Below are positions 16,559-25,897 of a stretch of 64,000 nucleotides of DNA, piece by piece. The notes beneath the pieces are model-generated. The model did not search any database. It was not told where the DNA came from and was given only the letters and a program-made list of their open reading frames with translations. Position 1 is the first letter of the stretch, and every line of letters starts with the position of its first letter. Source of the DNA: an uncultured Bacteroidales bacterium (lineage in GTDB: Bacteria; Bacteroidota; Bacteroidia; Bacteroidales; FEN-979); assembly GCA_903929315.1 (NCBI GenBank), contig CAIYUC010000066.1:10523-74522 (forward strand), in the 5' to 3' direction. A program made the position numbers and the translations under genes.

Positions 16559-17872
16559 ATGCTGTTAATCTATTCGCCGGCTGTCACCACCCGGATAAAA
16601 TATATTTTCAACCTTTTCTTCCCGGAACTCCTGGGATTGAATTACAAGCTTACCAGCCTGACAGATGAATTCATGAGTTACCCGGGTGCAAAAATAAATT
16701 ACTCACAGTCAGACCTTGGTAGCGGACTTTACATAAAATCAGCGGGGATACTTTTTGAAAATGCTATCATTTATCAGAATATTGAAACAATTGACGTCAA
16801 TGGTTCACCGGTATTTTTTGCCGATACTGACAGCTCTTCCATTCTTCCGTTTGACCCCTTTGCCGCAGCTTTTTACCTGGTCACAAGATACGAGGAATAC
16901 CTTTCGTTCAAACCCGATAAATATGACCGTTTCGAAGTGTCCGACAGCATAGCTTACAAGGGTAAATTTCTTCAAACACCCGTAGTCAATAAATGGGCAA
17001 TTCAATTAAAGGAAATCCTGCATTATCATTATCCTGATCTCATTTTTCATTCTCCTGTTTATTGTTTTATTCCTACCATCGACATTGATCATGCATTTGC
17101 CTACAAATACAGAAAAATCTACCGGGTCCTTGGCAGTTATTGTCGCTCTGTTTTAAACCGGGATTGGAAGGATATTTTATTAAGGACAGAAGTGCTGTTG
17201 GGCAGACAGCAGGATCCTTATGATAATTATTGTTACCTGGAGAATATTCACCAATCTTATCATCTGAAGACACTATATTTTGTTTTATTTGCTGATTACG
17301 GAGGGGATGATAATAATGTCACTATCCGAAAAAAAGGATTTCAAAAACTTCTCCGTGAGCTTGACGGGCAATCAACTATCGGCATTCATCCGTCGCTCTC
17401 ATCGACAAAGCATTTTTCAAAACTAAATACCGAGATCTATCATCTTGCGAAAGTCCTCCACAGGGATATTACCATCAGCCGGCAGCATTTCCTGAAAATT
17501 AAATTCCCAAAGACATACCGGAACCTGATTGAAATGGGTATTACTGATGATTATTCTATGGGATATGCATCAGTATCAGGATTCAGGGCTGGTATCGTGA
17601 ATCCTTTCTTTTTCTTTGATCTCGTCAAAAACAATGTAACCTCCTTACGTGTGCATCCTGTATCGGTAATGGATGTGACGTTGCATGATTATTATCATTT
17701 TAATCCGGATAAAGCTATTGAAACGATCCTGCATACGATAAAAGTTGTAAAATCAGTAGATGGCGAATTTATCAGTATATGGCATAATGAGAGCCTTTCG
17801 GATAAGGGAAGATGGCAAGGGTGGAGGAAGGTTTATGAAGAGATGGTAAAATCAGCAGTTTACAATATGTGA
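16559..17872 (+). CDS. Polysaccharide deacetylase-like protein
   Basis: The ATG at 16559 is preferred; the track start at 16529 is TTG. The N-terminal MLLIYSPAVTTRIKYIFNLFF pattern and overall size recall Bacteroidota deacetylase-family proteins that sit beside FemAB-like acetyltransferases. This assignment rests on memory of the family only. Confidence 0.5.
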   Translation: MLLIYSPAVTTRIKYIFNLFFPELLGLNYKLTSLTDEFMSYPGAKINYSQSDLGSGLYIKSAGILFENAIIYQNIETIDVNGSPVFFADTDSSSILPFDPFAAAFYLVTRYEEYLSFKPDKYDRFEVSDSIAYKGKFLQTPVVNKWAIQLKEILHYHYPDLIFHSPVYCFIPTIDIDHAFAYKYRKIYRVLGSYCRSVLNRDWKDILLRTEVLLGRQQDPYDNYCYLENIHQSYHLKTLYFVLFADYGGDDNNVTIRKKGFQKLLRELDGQSTIGIHPSLSSTKHFSKLNTEIYHLAKVLHRDITISRQHFLKIKFPKTYRNLIEMGITDDYSMGYASVSGFRAGIVNPFFFFDLVKNNVTSLRVHPVSVMDVTLHDYYHFNPDKAIETILHTIKVVKSVDGEFISIWHNESLSDKGRWQGWRKVYEEMVKSAVYNM

Positions 17873-17892
17873 TAACGTTGTATTATTAACAT

Positions 17893-18831
17893 ATGATAAA
17901 GTACCTTTCACATCGTGAGATCAATCAAGAGAAGTGGGATAAATGCATCAACGATTCTGTAAATCGTCTTGTTTATGCCTATTCCTGGTATCTCGACATT
18001 GTTAGTTCGGGGTGGGATGCTCTTATTGAGAATGATTATGAAAGTGTTTTTCCACTTTCCAGTAACCGTAAATTTGGGATAAACTACATTTACCAACCTT
18101 ATTTTGCACAACAACTGGGCATTTTTTCCCGGAATCTTTTGACCGAATCCCTTGTCGACAGGTTCCTTCAGGCGATCCCGCCTAAATTTTATTTTATAGA
18201 GATTCATCTGAATACATTAAATAAAGTGGATAATTCCCGTTATCGATGCATAAATCGGATAAATAATGAGCTCGACCTGATCAATTCTTATGAATACATC
18301 TTTGCAAATTATGACCAAAATACAAGAAGGAATATTAAAAAAGCGCAACAGGAAAATTTAATCCTTCGCAGGAAAGTCGATCCGGATGAACTGATAACTC
18401 TTTTCCGGGAAAATTATGGAAAGAAAGAAGTCAGACTTCATTACCTTCATTACGACATTCTCCGAAGGCTCATTGATTACTGTCTGAAACATACTTTCAG
18501 TGTGATCATGGGTGCTTTTCTCCCTGATGGTACAATCTGTGCCGGAGTATTTTTTTTAAAAGATGAAAGGCGTGTTATATTCCAGCTTGCTGCATCCAAT
18601 AGTAAGGCCAGGGAAAATGGCGCCATGTTTTTGCTGGTGGATAGTTTTATCAGAGAAAATGCAGGACAACCATTCATCCTTGATTTTGAAGGGTCGAATG
18701 ATAAAAATGTCGCTCGTTTCTATAAGGGTTTCGGTGCAAAGGAAATCCATTATTCCCAGGTAACGATAAACAGGCTTCCGGGGCTTATCAGCAAAGTAGT
18801 TAATTTTGTAAAGAAACACAGGGAATCATGA
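17893..18831 (+). CDS. GNAT/FemAB-like acyltransferase
   Basis: 312 aa. The C-terminal half (NGAMFLLVDSFIRENAG..ILDFEGSN..VARFYKGFGA) looks like an acetyltransferase (BioF2/FemAB-like) fold. Confidence 0.55.
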   Translation: MIKYLSHREINQEKWDKCINDSVNRLVYAYSWYLDIVSSGWDALIENDYESVFPLSSNRKFGINYIYQPYFAQQLGIFSRNLLTESLVDRFLQAIPPKFYFIEIHLNTLNKVDNSRYRCINRINNELDLINSYEYIFANYDQNTRRNIKKAQQENLILRRKVDPDELITLFRENYGKKEVRLHYLHYDILRRLIDYCLKHTFSVIMGAFLPDGTICAGVFFLKDERRVIFQLAASNSKARENGAMFLLVDSFIRENAGQPFILDFEGSNDKNVARFYKGFGAKEIHYSQVTINRLPGLISKVVNFVKKHRES

Positions 18832-18839
18832 AATTTTTC

Positions 18840-18847
18840 TAAATTTG
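18840..18847 (+). promoter_or_regulatory. Bacteroidota-type -7 box TAAATTTG upstream of upp
   Basis: Matches TAnnTTTG, 25 nt upstream of the ATG at 18873. Confidence 0.45.
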
Positions 18848-18872
18848 TAACAATTCAAAACCGGGAGAAGGA

Positions 18873-19523
18873 ATGGTAAATGTATTATGCAATTCAGATT
18901 CTGTCCTGAATCAATTCATGGCAGAGATCAGGGATGTGGATATCCAGAAGGACAGCTTACGGTTCAGACGGAATATGGAAAGAATTGGAGAGATATTCGC
19001 CTATGAGATCAGCAAAAAGTTGCAATATGAGATGAAGGAAGTCACTACTACCTTTGGCATTGCAAACGTTCCGGTTCTCATTCATTCTCCTATGCTTGCT
19101 ACTATTTTACGAGCTGGTTTGCCCTTCCACCAGGGCTTTCTGAATTTTTTTGATCAGTCTGAAAATGCATTTATTTCAACCTACAGGAAAACCCATAAAG
19201 ACAGGTCTTTCAGCATGAGTATAGGGTACTCATCTATTCCTGACGTGGAAGGCAAAGTTCTTATTCTTTGCGACACGCTGGTGGCTACTGGTTCTTCGAT
19301 GCTGATGGCATATAAAGAGCTTATATCCAAAGGAAGGCCTTCTCATACACATATCGTTTCTATTCTTGCGAGTGTAGAAGGGTTGGACAATCTCAAAAAA
19401 CACCTTCCGCAAGATGATGTGACAATCTGGCTTGGAGGAGTTGACGATGAGTTGACCGCACAGGCTTATATTGTCCCCGGTCTCGGCGATGCCGGTGACC
19501 TTGCATACGGTAAAAAAATCTGA
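18873..19523 (+). CDS. upp: Uracil phosphoribosyltransferase
   Basis: PRPP-binding loop is VLILCDTLVATGSSM. The C-terminal YIVPGLGDAGDLAYG is diagnostic of Upp. Confidence 0.95.
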   Translation: MVNVLCNSDSVLNQFMAEIRDVDIQKDSLRFRRNMERIGEIFAYEISKKLQYEMKEVTTTFGIANVPVLIHSPMLATILRAGLPFHQGFLNFFDQSENAFISTYRKTHKDRSFSMSIGYSSIPDVEGKVLILCDTLVATGSSMLMAYKELISKGRPSHTHIVSILASVEGLDNLKKHLPQDDVTIWLGGVDDELTAQAYIVPGLGDAGDLAYGKKI

Positions 19524-19541
19524 TAACATACGCGGGTTACC

Positions 19542-20786
19542 ATGAAGAATACGCTGTTTGTCGAGAATATCAGGATTTCGCTGGATTCTGTCAGAACACA
19601 TTTATTGAGGACTATACTCACCATCCTTATTATTGCATTCGGGATAATGGCATTGGTGGGTATTCTTACAGCAACAGATTCCATCAAGTATTATCTGACA
19701 CAGAATTTTACAATGATGGGTTCTAATACATTTACGATCCGGAACCGGACTTTGCAGGTCCATATTGGAAATCAGAGCAATAAACAAAAAATTTATGAGT
19801 CTATAACCTATAGGCAAGCGTTAGATTTTAAAGAAAAATTTGAATTTCCCTCTTATTCTGCAGTCTATTATTTCGCTTCCAACCTCGCCACAGTCAAATA
19901 TGAATCCAATAAAACCAACCCCAATGTAAGAGTTCTTGGAACAGATGAAAATTATATTATCACTTCCGGTGATGAAATAGACAAGGGACGTAATTTTACA
20001 CAAAATGAAGTTTACTATGGTTCCAGTTCCTGTATCATTGGATCGGAAGTGGTAAAAAACCTTTTTAAAAACAATGAAAACCCGATTGGAAAGATCATTT
20101 CCATAGGACCCGGAAAGTATGTTATTGTCGGGGTATTAAAAGAAAAAGGATCAAGCATGGGTTTCAGTGGTGACCGGAGTTGTTACATTCCTCTGAACAA
20201 TTGCCGGATGTATTTTTCAAGGCCGAATATTTCATACTCCATAAACATAATGGCCAGGAAAACGGAACTACTGGACGCAGCCATCGGTGAAGCAACCGGA
20301 TTATTCCGCACGATACGGGAAGATCCTATAGGTACGGAAAATACTTTTGAAGTCACCAAAAGCGACAATATCGCCAAAATGCTGATCGACAATATTAAAT
20401 ATGTTACTCTGGCGGCAACATTCATCGGACTAATAACCCTTCTTGGAGCTGCCATCGGCTTGATGAACATCATGCTGGTTTCGGTAACAGAAAGAACAAG
20501 AGAAATTGGGATACGAAAGGCAATGGGGGCAACAAAAAGGGTAATCCGCAACCAGTTTCTTGTTGAATCCATTGTTATCGGACAATTAGGCGGAGCGCTT
20601 GGCATTGTCCTCGGGATACTGATCGGGAACATCCTGTCACTACTTATAGGCAGTGCATTCATTGTTCCCTGGGTATGGATCATTACCGGTGTCATCCTTT
20701 GTTTCGGAGTTGCCCTGATTTCAGGTATCATCCCGGCACAGAAGGCTGCAAACCTCGATCCCATCGAATCTTTACGTTACGAATAA
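19542..20786 (+). CDS. ABC transporter permease, MacB/FtsX family
   Basis: 414 aa. It has an N-terminal TM segment, a large periplasmic MacB_PCD-like domain and a C-terminal FtsX module (TERTREIGIRKAMGA, then three TM segments). Confidence 0.9.
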   Translation: MKNTLFVENIRISLDSVRTHLLRTILTILIIAFGIMALVGILTATDSIKYYLTQNFTMMGSNTFTIRNRTLQVHIGNQSNKQKIYESITYRQALDFKEKFEFPSYSAVYYFASNLATVKYESNKTNPNVRVLGTDENYIITSGDEIDKGRNFTQNEVYYGSSSCIIGSEVVKNLFKNNENPIGKIISIGPGKYVIVGVLKEKGSSMGFSGDRSCYIPLNNCRMYFSRPNISYSINIMARKTELLDAAIGEATGLFRTIREDPIGTENTFEVTKSDNIAKMLIDNIKYVTLAATFIGLITLLGAAIGLMNIMLVSVTERTREIGIRKAMGATKRVIRNQFLVESIVIGQLGGALGIVLGILIGNILSLLIGSAFIVPWVWIITGVILCFGVALISGIIPAQKAANLDPIESLRYE

Positions 20787-20793
20787 TATTCCG

Positions 20794-22233
20794 ATGAACA
20801 GGGAGACTGTTACTTCCATGCTACTGAAGCAGTTTCCCCATGAAACTACTCCCGGCCAGCAACACCTGATTGAAAAATTGGCAGGATTTCTGACAGGGTC
20901 CTGGGATAATACCCGTTCCCTTTTTATACTCAAGGGCTATGCCGGTACGGGAAAGACAACGATTGTAAGTGCACTGGTGAATGTTCTGCCGCAGTTATCC
21001 AAACGGTCAGTATTAATGGCCCCGACAGGCAGGGCAGCTAAAGTATTGGCCGGCTATTCCCAGAAACCTGCCAATACCATCCACCGTAAGATCTTTTTTG
21101 CAAGGACCACAAAGGAAGGGACAATAGCTTTAAAGCTTCAGCAAAATCTTCATAAAAATACACTTTTCATTGTGGATGAAGCATCCATGATCCAGAATTC
21201 ATCACTTAATGATTTAAGCCTGTTTTCCAGCCGGAATATTCTTGACGATCTTCTTACTTATGTATACGGTGGAGAAAACAACAAGCTGCTTTTTATCGGC
21301 GATTCAGCCCAATTACCGCCGGTTGGTCATGATAACAGCCCCGCGTTGGATATTGAATTTCTGAAGAATTCGTATCAACTGAATATTGATTCTTTTGAAC
21401 TGACGGAAGTCGTAAGGCAAGCTCAAATGTCCGGGATTTTAGTAAATGCAACCAGCATCCGGAGAGAAATAAACAGAGAAGAGGTAAGATTTCCAGTATT
21501 TTCTGTAAAACGGTTTAATGATATCGAACGGCTCAACGGCTATGACCTTGAAGAAGCCCTGAATACCGCATATTCAGGAGCCGGAAAAGATAATAATGCC
21601 GTTATCTGCCGGTCGAATAAACGGGCCAATATTTATAACCAGGAGATCCGGAAAAGAATATTGTTTTTTGATAACGAGATCAATGCCGGAGATTATATGA
21701 TGGTGGTGAAGAATAATTATTTCTGGTTACCGGAGGGATCATCAGCAGGATTTATTGCCAATGGGGATATTATCGAGATTCTGAGGATAAGGAAGATTGA
21801 AGAACTCTATGGGTTCCGTTTTGCCGATGTCACCATTCGTTTCCTCGATTATCCCGATGAAAAGGAACTGGATGTCAAGATTCTCCTGGATACCATCATG
21901 TCGGAATCGGCTGCTTTGCCTGCGACCGATAATAACCGTCTTTTCCAGACAGTCATGGAGGATTATTCGGATATTCGCTCCAGGCGTGGTCGTATTGAAA
22001 AAGTAAAATCCAATCCTTACTTTAATGCCCTTCAGGTTAAATTTGCCTACGCGCTGACTTGCCATAAAACCCAGGGAGGGCAATGGAATACGATTTTCAT
22101 CGACCAGGGTTACCTGAATGATAAAATGATCAACGTTGAATACCTGAGATGGCTTTATACTGCAGTTACCAGGGCTACGAAAAAGGTGTTTCTGATTAAT
22201 TTTGAATCAAAGTTCTTTTATGATGAGGATTGA
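20794..22233 (+). CDS. RecD/Pif1-like superfamily 1 DNA helicase
   Basis: Walker A is GYAGTGKTT, Walker B is FIVDEASM, then GDSAQLPPV, and a C-terminal YALTCHKTQGGQW motif. Confidence 0.85.
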   Translation: MNRETVTSMLLKQFPHETTPGQQHLIEKLAGFLTGSWDNTRSLFILKGYAGTGKTTIVSALVNVLPQLSKRSVLMAPTGRAAKVLAGYSQKPANTIHRKIFFARTTKEGTIALKLQQNLHKNTLFIVDEASMIQNSSLNDLSLFSSRNILDDLLTYVYGGENNKLLFIGDSAQLPPVGHDNSPALDIEFLKNSYQLNIDSFELTEVVRQAQMSGILVNATSIRREINREEVRFPVFSVKRFNDIERLNGYDLEEALNTAYSGAGKDNNAVICRSNKRANIYNQEIRKRILFFDNEINAGDYMMVVKNNYFWLPEGSSAGFIANGDIIEILRIRKIEELYGFRFADVTIRFLDYPDEKELDVKILLDTIMSESAALPATDNNRLFQTVMEDYSDIRSRRGRIEKVKSNPYFNALQVKFAYALTCHKTQGGQWNTIFIDQGYLNDKMINVEYLRWLYTAVTRATKKVFLINFESKFFYDED

Positions 22234-22235
22234 AT

Positions 22236-22403
22236 CTGCCTCACCTCCCGGTGGGTTGTCTAATAAGTTTAGATTTAAAAATAAACCGCAAAGACACAAA
22301 GACGCAAATAGTTCAATAACATTGTTTTAATTTTTAGCGCCTTAGCGTCTTAGCGGTGAAAAAAAACATATTAGTCATCCCCAGAAAGGGGGTGAGGTGG
22401 CAG
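22236..22403. repeat. Long imperfect palindromic intergenic element (ccgctaagacgc family)
   Basis: Outer arms are ctgcctcacctccc (22236) and gggggtgaggtggcag (22388). Inner arms are accgcaaagacacaaagacgc (22285) and gcgccttagcgtcttagcggt (22337). The right arm closely matches 29981-30012 in reverse orientation. Confidence 0.65.
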
Positions 22404-22438
22404 GAAATGCCAGAAAACTATTATTTAAATCATAATTT

Positions 22439-22903
22439 ATGAAAAAATCAAAGAATATTGCACTGGTCGCTCATGACAACCGTAAAAAGGATCTTGTCGA
22501 ATGGGTGGAATTCAATTACAAAACGTTGTTGGGTCACCAGATCATTTGTACAGGCACAACTGGTAAACTGATCCATGACACGTTATTGCGGATGCTTGAA
22601 GAAAAAGAAAAACTGGAAAAGGAAATTATTTTGTTAAAGTCGGGTCCTTTGGGAGGAGATCAGCAATTAGGCGCTATGATTGCGGAAGGGAAGATCGATC
22701 TGTTGATCTTTTTCTGGGATCCTATGCAACCCCAACCGCATGATGTTGATGTGAAAGCTTTGTTAAGGATCACGGTTGTGTGCAATATTCCAACTGCGTG
22801 CAACCGGTCAACAGCCGATTTTATGATCTCATCCCACCTGTTGCGCGAAATATATGAGCCGAAATTAACGGATTATTCTGTGTATATCAACCGGAATCTT
22901 TAA
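22439..22903 (+). CDS. mgsA: Methylglyoxal synthase
   Basis: IALVAHDNRKKDLVEW, CTGTTG, GPLGGDQQLGAMIAEGKID and FFWDPMQPQPHDVDVKALLR match the MgsA family throughout. Confidence 0.95.
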   Translation: MKKSKNIALVAHDNRKKDLVEWVEFNYKTLLGHQIICTGTTGKLIHDTLLRMLEEKEKLEKEIILLKSGPLGGDQQLGAMIAEGKIDLLIFFWDPMQPQPHDVDVKALLRITVVCNIPTACNRSTADFMISSHLLREIYEPKLTDYSVYINRNL

Positions 22904-22922
22904 CATCCATTCTCGGCTCTTC

Positions 22923-24767
22923 TTACCACTTCTTTTTCGTCTTTTTACCTCTGGGCGAAAATTCTTTCTTTCCTCTTTTATCAGGGCGTTCTATTCTTTC
23001 TCTTCGTTTAGGCCGGTCTGATGTTGAGTTTCTGTTGAAGTCACCTGTTTTTTTCACATAATCAATTGTGAATGGAGCCTCCTGGAAACTTGCATCTTTT
23101 AACAGGTTGATAAGTTTGCCAGCATCTTGTTCGCCGACTTCAAAGATCGTGGACTTCTTATTCAACTCGATCCGGCCAATTGGTATCATTTTGCCGGGTG
23201 TATTTTTATTGATCAGTTCGATCAGGTTTTTGGGATACATTCCATCGGATTTTCCCAGGCTGATGAACAATCGTGTGAAGCCTGGCTCCGGTTCATGATT
23301 GTTCCTGGAATCATCCTGCCGATATCCTGATTTTGCAGGACGTGTATGAGTATATCCCTGGCCGCCATGATCTTCAGATCCTTTCATTCTTCTGCGGGTC
23401 CTTGGATCGTTTTCATCTCTTGGAGTATGCTGTCTTTCATCAGGTACATTCAATTCAGGTGATTTCCTGTAATACTCAAGAAAACGGTTAAACTCAAGGG
23501 CAACAAAACGTTTAATGATTTCTTCCTTGTCAAGCCATTCCAGTTTGCGGTAGATCTTGGGCAGATAAGTGTCGATTTCTTTGTCTTCAATATCCACATT
23601 CTCCATTTTATCGATCATATTGAAAAGCTGTTTTTCACATATCTGCCGGCCGGTCGGAACCAGGGTTGCAGTAAAAGTTTTATTTATCTTTTTTTCAATT
23701 TGCTTTATGAGGTGTTTTTCTTTGAGGTTAAGGAGGATGATGGAAGTGCCTGCCTTGCCTGCACGGCCCGTACGTCCGCTGCGATGTGTGTAAGAGCCAA
23801 GATCGTCCGGTAGGTTATAATTGATGATATGTGTCAGATCCTCTACATCAAGTCCCCGTGCTGCAACATCGGTAGCAACCAGTAAACGGATATGCCGGAT
23901 CCTGAACTTATTCATGACGGTATCTCTTTGTATTTGGGAAAGATCGCCGTGCAATGATTCGGCATTGTATCCGTCATGGATCAATTTATCCGCAACTTCC
24001 TGCGTTTCCTTACGGGTGTGGCAAAAAACGATGCCATATATGGAAGGATAATAATCCACGATACGTTTCAGGGCAAGGTATTTATCCTTTGCATGAACGG
24101 TGAAATACAAATGCTTAATGTTTTCTGCCCCGGAATTCCGGTTACCGATGGTCACTTCGATCGGTTGCCGCATATATTTTTTTGCTATGGATGCCACCTC
24201 ATTGGGCATTGTGGCGGAGAACAGGAGCGTATTTCTGTCCTTTGGCACAACGGCAAGGATTTCATTGATGCTTTCGGAAAAGCCCATATTGAGCATTTCA
24301 TCTGCTTCGTCAAGCACTAAGGTATGAATAAGGTTAAGTTTTATGGCTTTTCTGTTTATCAGATCAACTAAACGTCCTGGTGTTGCAACAATGATCTGGA
24401 CTCCTTTTTTCAGTACTTTCATTTGCAATTCAATGCTGGCGCCCCCATAAACGGGTAATGTCTTTACCTCATCATTATATTTAGCATAATCATTCAGATC
24501 GCCTGCAATCTGCACACATAGCTCGCGGGTTGGACAAAGTATCAAAACCTGTGGTTGGAATATCGAAGGGTCTATTTTCTGGATCAGGGGAAGACCGTAT
24601 GCTGCTGTTTTGCCTGTACCGGTCTGGGCAAGACAAACAATATCTGTTTTTTCTCCCAAAAGGAGAGGAATAACCTTTTCCTGAACAGGCATCGGAACTT
24701 CAAAACCAAGTTCCCTGATGGCCTTTAAATAGGATGCAGTAATCCCTAATTCTTCAAATGTGATCAT
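22923..24767 (-). CDS. DEAD-box ATP-dependent RNA helicase with C-terminal RNA-binding (DbpA-like) domain and basic tail
   Basis: Q motif, then AQTGTGKTA, PTRELC, DEAD, SAT, HRSGRTGRAG. The C-terminus carries an Arg/Lys-rich extension. Confidence 0.95.
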   Translation of the reverse strand: MITFEELGITASYLKAIRELGFEVPMPVQEKVIPLLLGEKTDIVCLAQTGTGKTAAYGLPLIQKIDPSIFQPQVLILCPTRELCVQIAGDLNDYAKYNDEVKTLPVYGGASIELQMKVLKKGVQIIVATPGRLVDLINRKAIKLNLIHTLVLDEADEMLNMGFSESINEILAVVPKDRNTLLFSATMPNEVASIAKKYMRQPIEVTIGNRNSGAENIKHLYFTVHAKDKYLALKRIVDYYPSIYGIVFCHTRKETQEVADKLIHDGYNAESLHGDLSQIQRDTVMNKFRIRHIRLLVATDVAARGLDVEDLTHIINYNLPDDLGSYTHRSGRTGRAGKAGTSIILLNLKEKHLIKQIEKKINKTFTATLVPTGRQICEKQLFNMIDKMENVDIEDKEIDTYLPKIYRKLEWLDKEEIIKRFVALEFNRFLEYYRKSPELNVPDERQHTPRDENDPRTRRRMKGSEDHGGQGYTHTRPAKSGYRQDDSRNNHEPEPGFTRLFISLGKSDGMYPKNLIELINKNTPGKMIPIGRIELNKKSTIFEVGEQDAGKLINLLKDASFQEAPFTIDYVKKTGDFNRNSTSDRPKRRERIERPDKRGKKEFSPRGKKTKKKW

Positions 24768-24878
24768 GATTAAATTTGTTTATGTGCTAGCGGACTTTCC
24801 GGTACTTAAAGATTAAATAAGCAGGAGGGAAATGAAAACTGAACTTGTTTGGCCGGAAACACAAATTAATAATAAGCG

Positions 24879-24886
24879 CAAAGGTA
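24879..24886 (-). promoter_or_regulatory. Bacteroidota-type -7 box TACCTTTG upstream of the DEAD-box helicase gene
   Basis: Matches TAnnTTTG on the minus strand about 110 nt upstream of the ATG. This implies a long 5' leader. Confidence 0.3.
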
Positions 24887-24974
24887 CTCCTTTTTTTGAT
24901 TTGATTCATAACGGTTTATATTTGAATTAGCCGCATGAACCATAAATATCAATTATCTTTGCAGGATAACAAAG

Positions 24975-25043
24975 GCCTTTTGAATTTTGAACAATAGATC
25001 AACGAATCTTGAAATTTGAACGGAACGATGAAGTTCGAATTTC
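24975..25043. repeat. Heptanucleotide-periodic low-complexity array (GAA-phased)
   Basis: GAA recurs at 24982, 24989, 25004, 25011, 25018, 25023, 25030 and 25037, mostly 7 nt apart. It shares the 13-mer ttgaaatttgaac with 35776-35788. Confidence 0.6.
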
Positions 25044-25390
25044 TTACTTCACTTCATATTCAGTATATTTATTTACTTCTTCTTTAAGCTTTGGAAGATG
25101 TTTGATTAAAATACCCCAAATACTTTCATCTGAAACTGTATCGTATCCATGTATAATCTGATTTCTTAAACCAATAATACGGCCTGCATTTTCAATTTCA
25201 AAATCCGGATCTTCTTTAAGAATCCTATTTGTGGCTTCCCCTATAATTTCCAGATCTCTTTCTATCGCTCTTTTCAAAAGGATATTTGACTTATAAGTTT
25301 CAAATGTTTTATTAACCTGAAAAAATAAGAGTCAATTTCTTCAATGGCAAACTTAATGTCGTACAAACATTTAAGTACTTTTTCGTTCAT
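25044..25390 (-). pseudogene. HepT-like (DUF86) toxin gene interrupted by a 1-nt indel
   Basis: The ATG at 25390 gives MNEKVLKCLYDIKFAIEEIDSYFF, then the frame breaks at the A6 run 25320-25325. The downstream frame reads FQVNKTFETYKSNILLKRAIERDLEIIGEA...RNQIIHGYD (RX4HXY motif). One extra T would restore a single ORF of about 116 aa. Confidence 0.75.
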
Positions 25391-25682
25391 AAATCAAGAC
25401 TTTTTCGCGATCTACGACTTTTCTGAAAATCGGGTTTTTAATTGCCTGGTTCTCCACCAGGTCAACAGGTTTGTCAAATAGCTGCTCAAACTGTTCTTTA
25501 AGGTCCATGTAATTATCAAAATAATCGAGTAAATTGACATTTGAAAACTGTACAATCATATCGATATCACTGGAATTATTGAAACTGTCTGACAATATAG
25601 AGCCAAACAGATATAATTCCTTAACCATGTGGTTTTCACATAAACTGGAAATAGTTCTCTTATTCCTTTCAATTAATTCCAT
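25371..25682 (-). CDS. MNT-type nucleotidyltransferase (antitoxin of a HepT/MNT pair)
   Basis: 103 aa. LYLFGSILSDSFNNSSDIDMIV is the GSx10DxD nucleotidyltransferase motif. It overlaps the HepT start by 20 nt. Confidence 0.85.
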   Translation of the reverse strand: MELIERNKRTISSLCENHMVKELYLFGSILSDSFNNSSDIDMIVQFSNVNLLDYFDNYMDLKEQFEQLFDKPVDLVENQAIKNPIFRKVVDREKVLIYERKST

Positions 25683-25805
25683 TTGGCAAATTTACAAAAA
25701 TGCAACCACTTAAACAGATAGAAATTGACAAAGGAACAAAGTTCAATTGAGTCGCCACAATATTCTTTGGCTAAATTTATTATTTTTCGCTACTTCACTA
25801 CTTTT

Positions 25806-25856
25806 GCGCGCGTTTCCGAACGCGTGCGTCTTGCTCGCGCGCTTGCAGCGCGTGAG
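25806..25856. repeat. Two adjacent GC-rich 9-bp hairpins in AT-rich intergenic DNA
   Basis: Hairpin 1: gcgcgcgtt-tccg-aacgcgtgc (25806-25827). Hairpin 2: ctcgcgcgc-ttgca-gcgcgtgag (25834-25856). Each contains one G-T pair. Confidence 0.6.
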
Positions 25857-25897
25857 TAATATAACATCATTCATCCCATGACTCCATGCAATAAACA

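Noticed and set aside
20183-20764. 193-aa minus-strand ORF
   Set aside because: It lies entirely antisense to the FtsX/MacB permease gene, whose motifs are clear, and shows no motifs of its own.
24791-24802. cggactttccgg, whose complement contains GGAAAGTCCG reminiscent of the RNase P RNA P4 region
   Set aside because: The whole intergenic gap is about 276 nt, too short for a bacterial RNase P RNA. None of the other conserved RNase P elements is present. It is most likely part of the helicase 5' leader.
25687-25694. TAAATTTG match immediately upstream of the MNT start codon
   Set aside because: Only 4 nt separate it from the ATG. A transcript initiated from it would start inside the ORF, so it is not convincing as the promoter unless the mRNA is leaderless.
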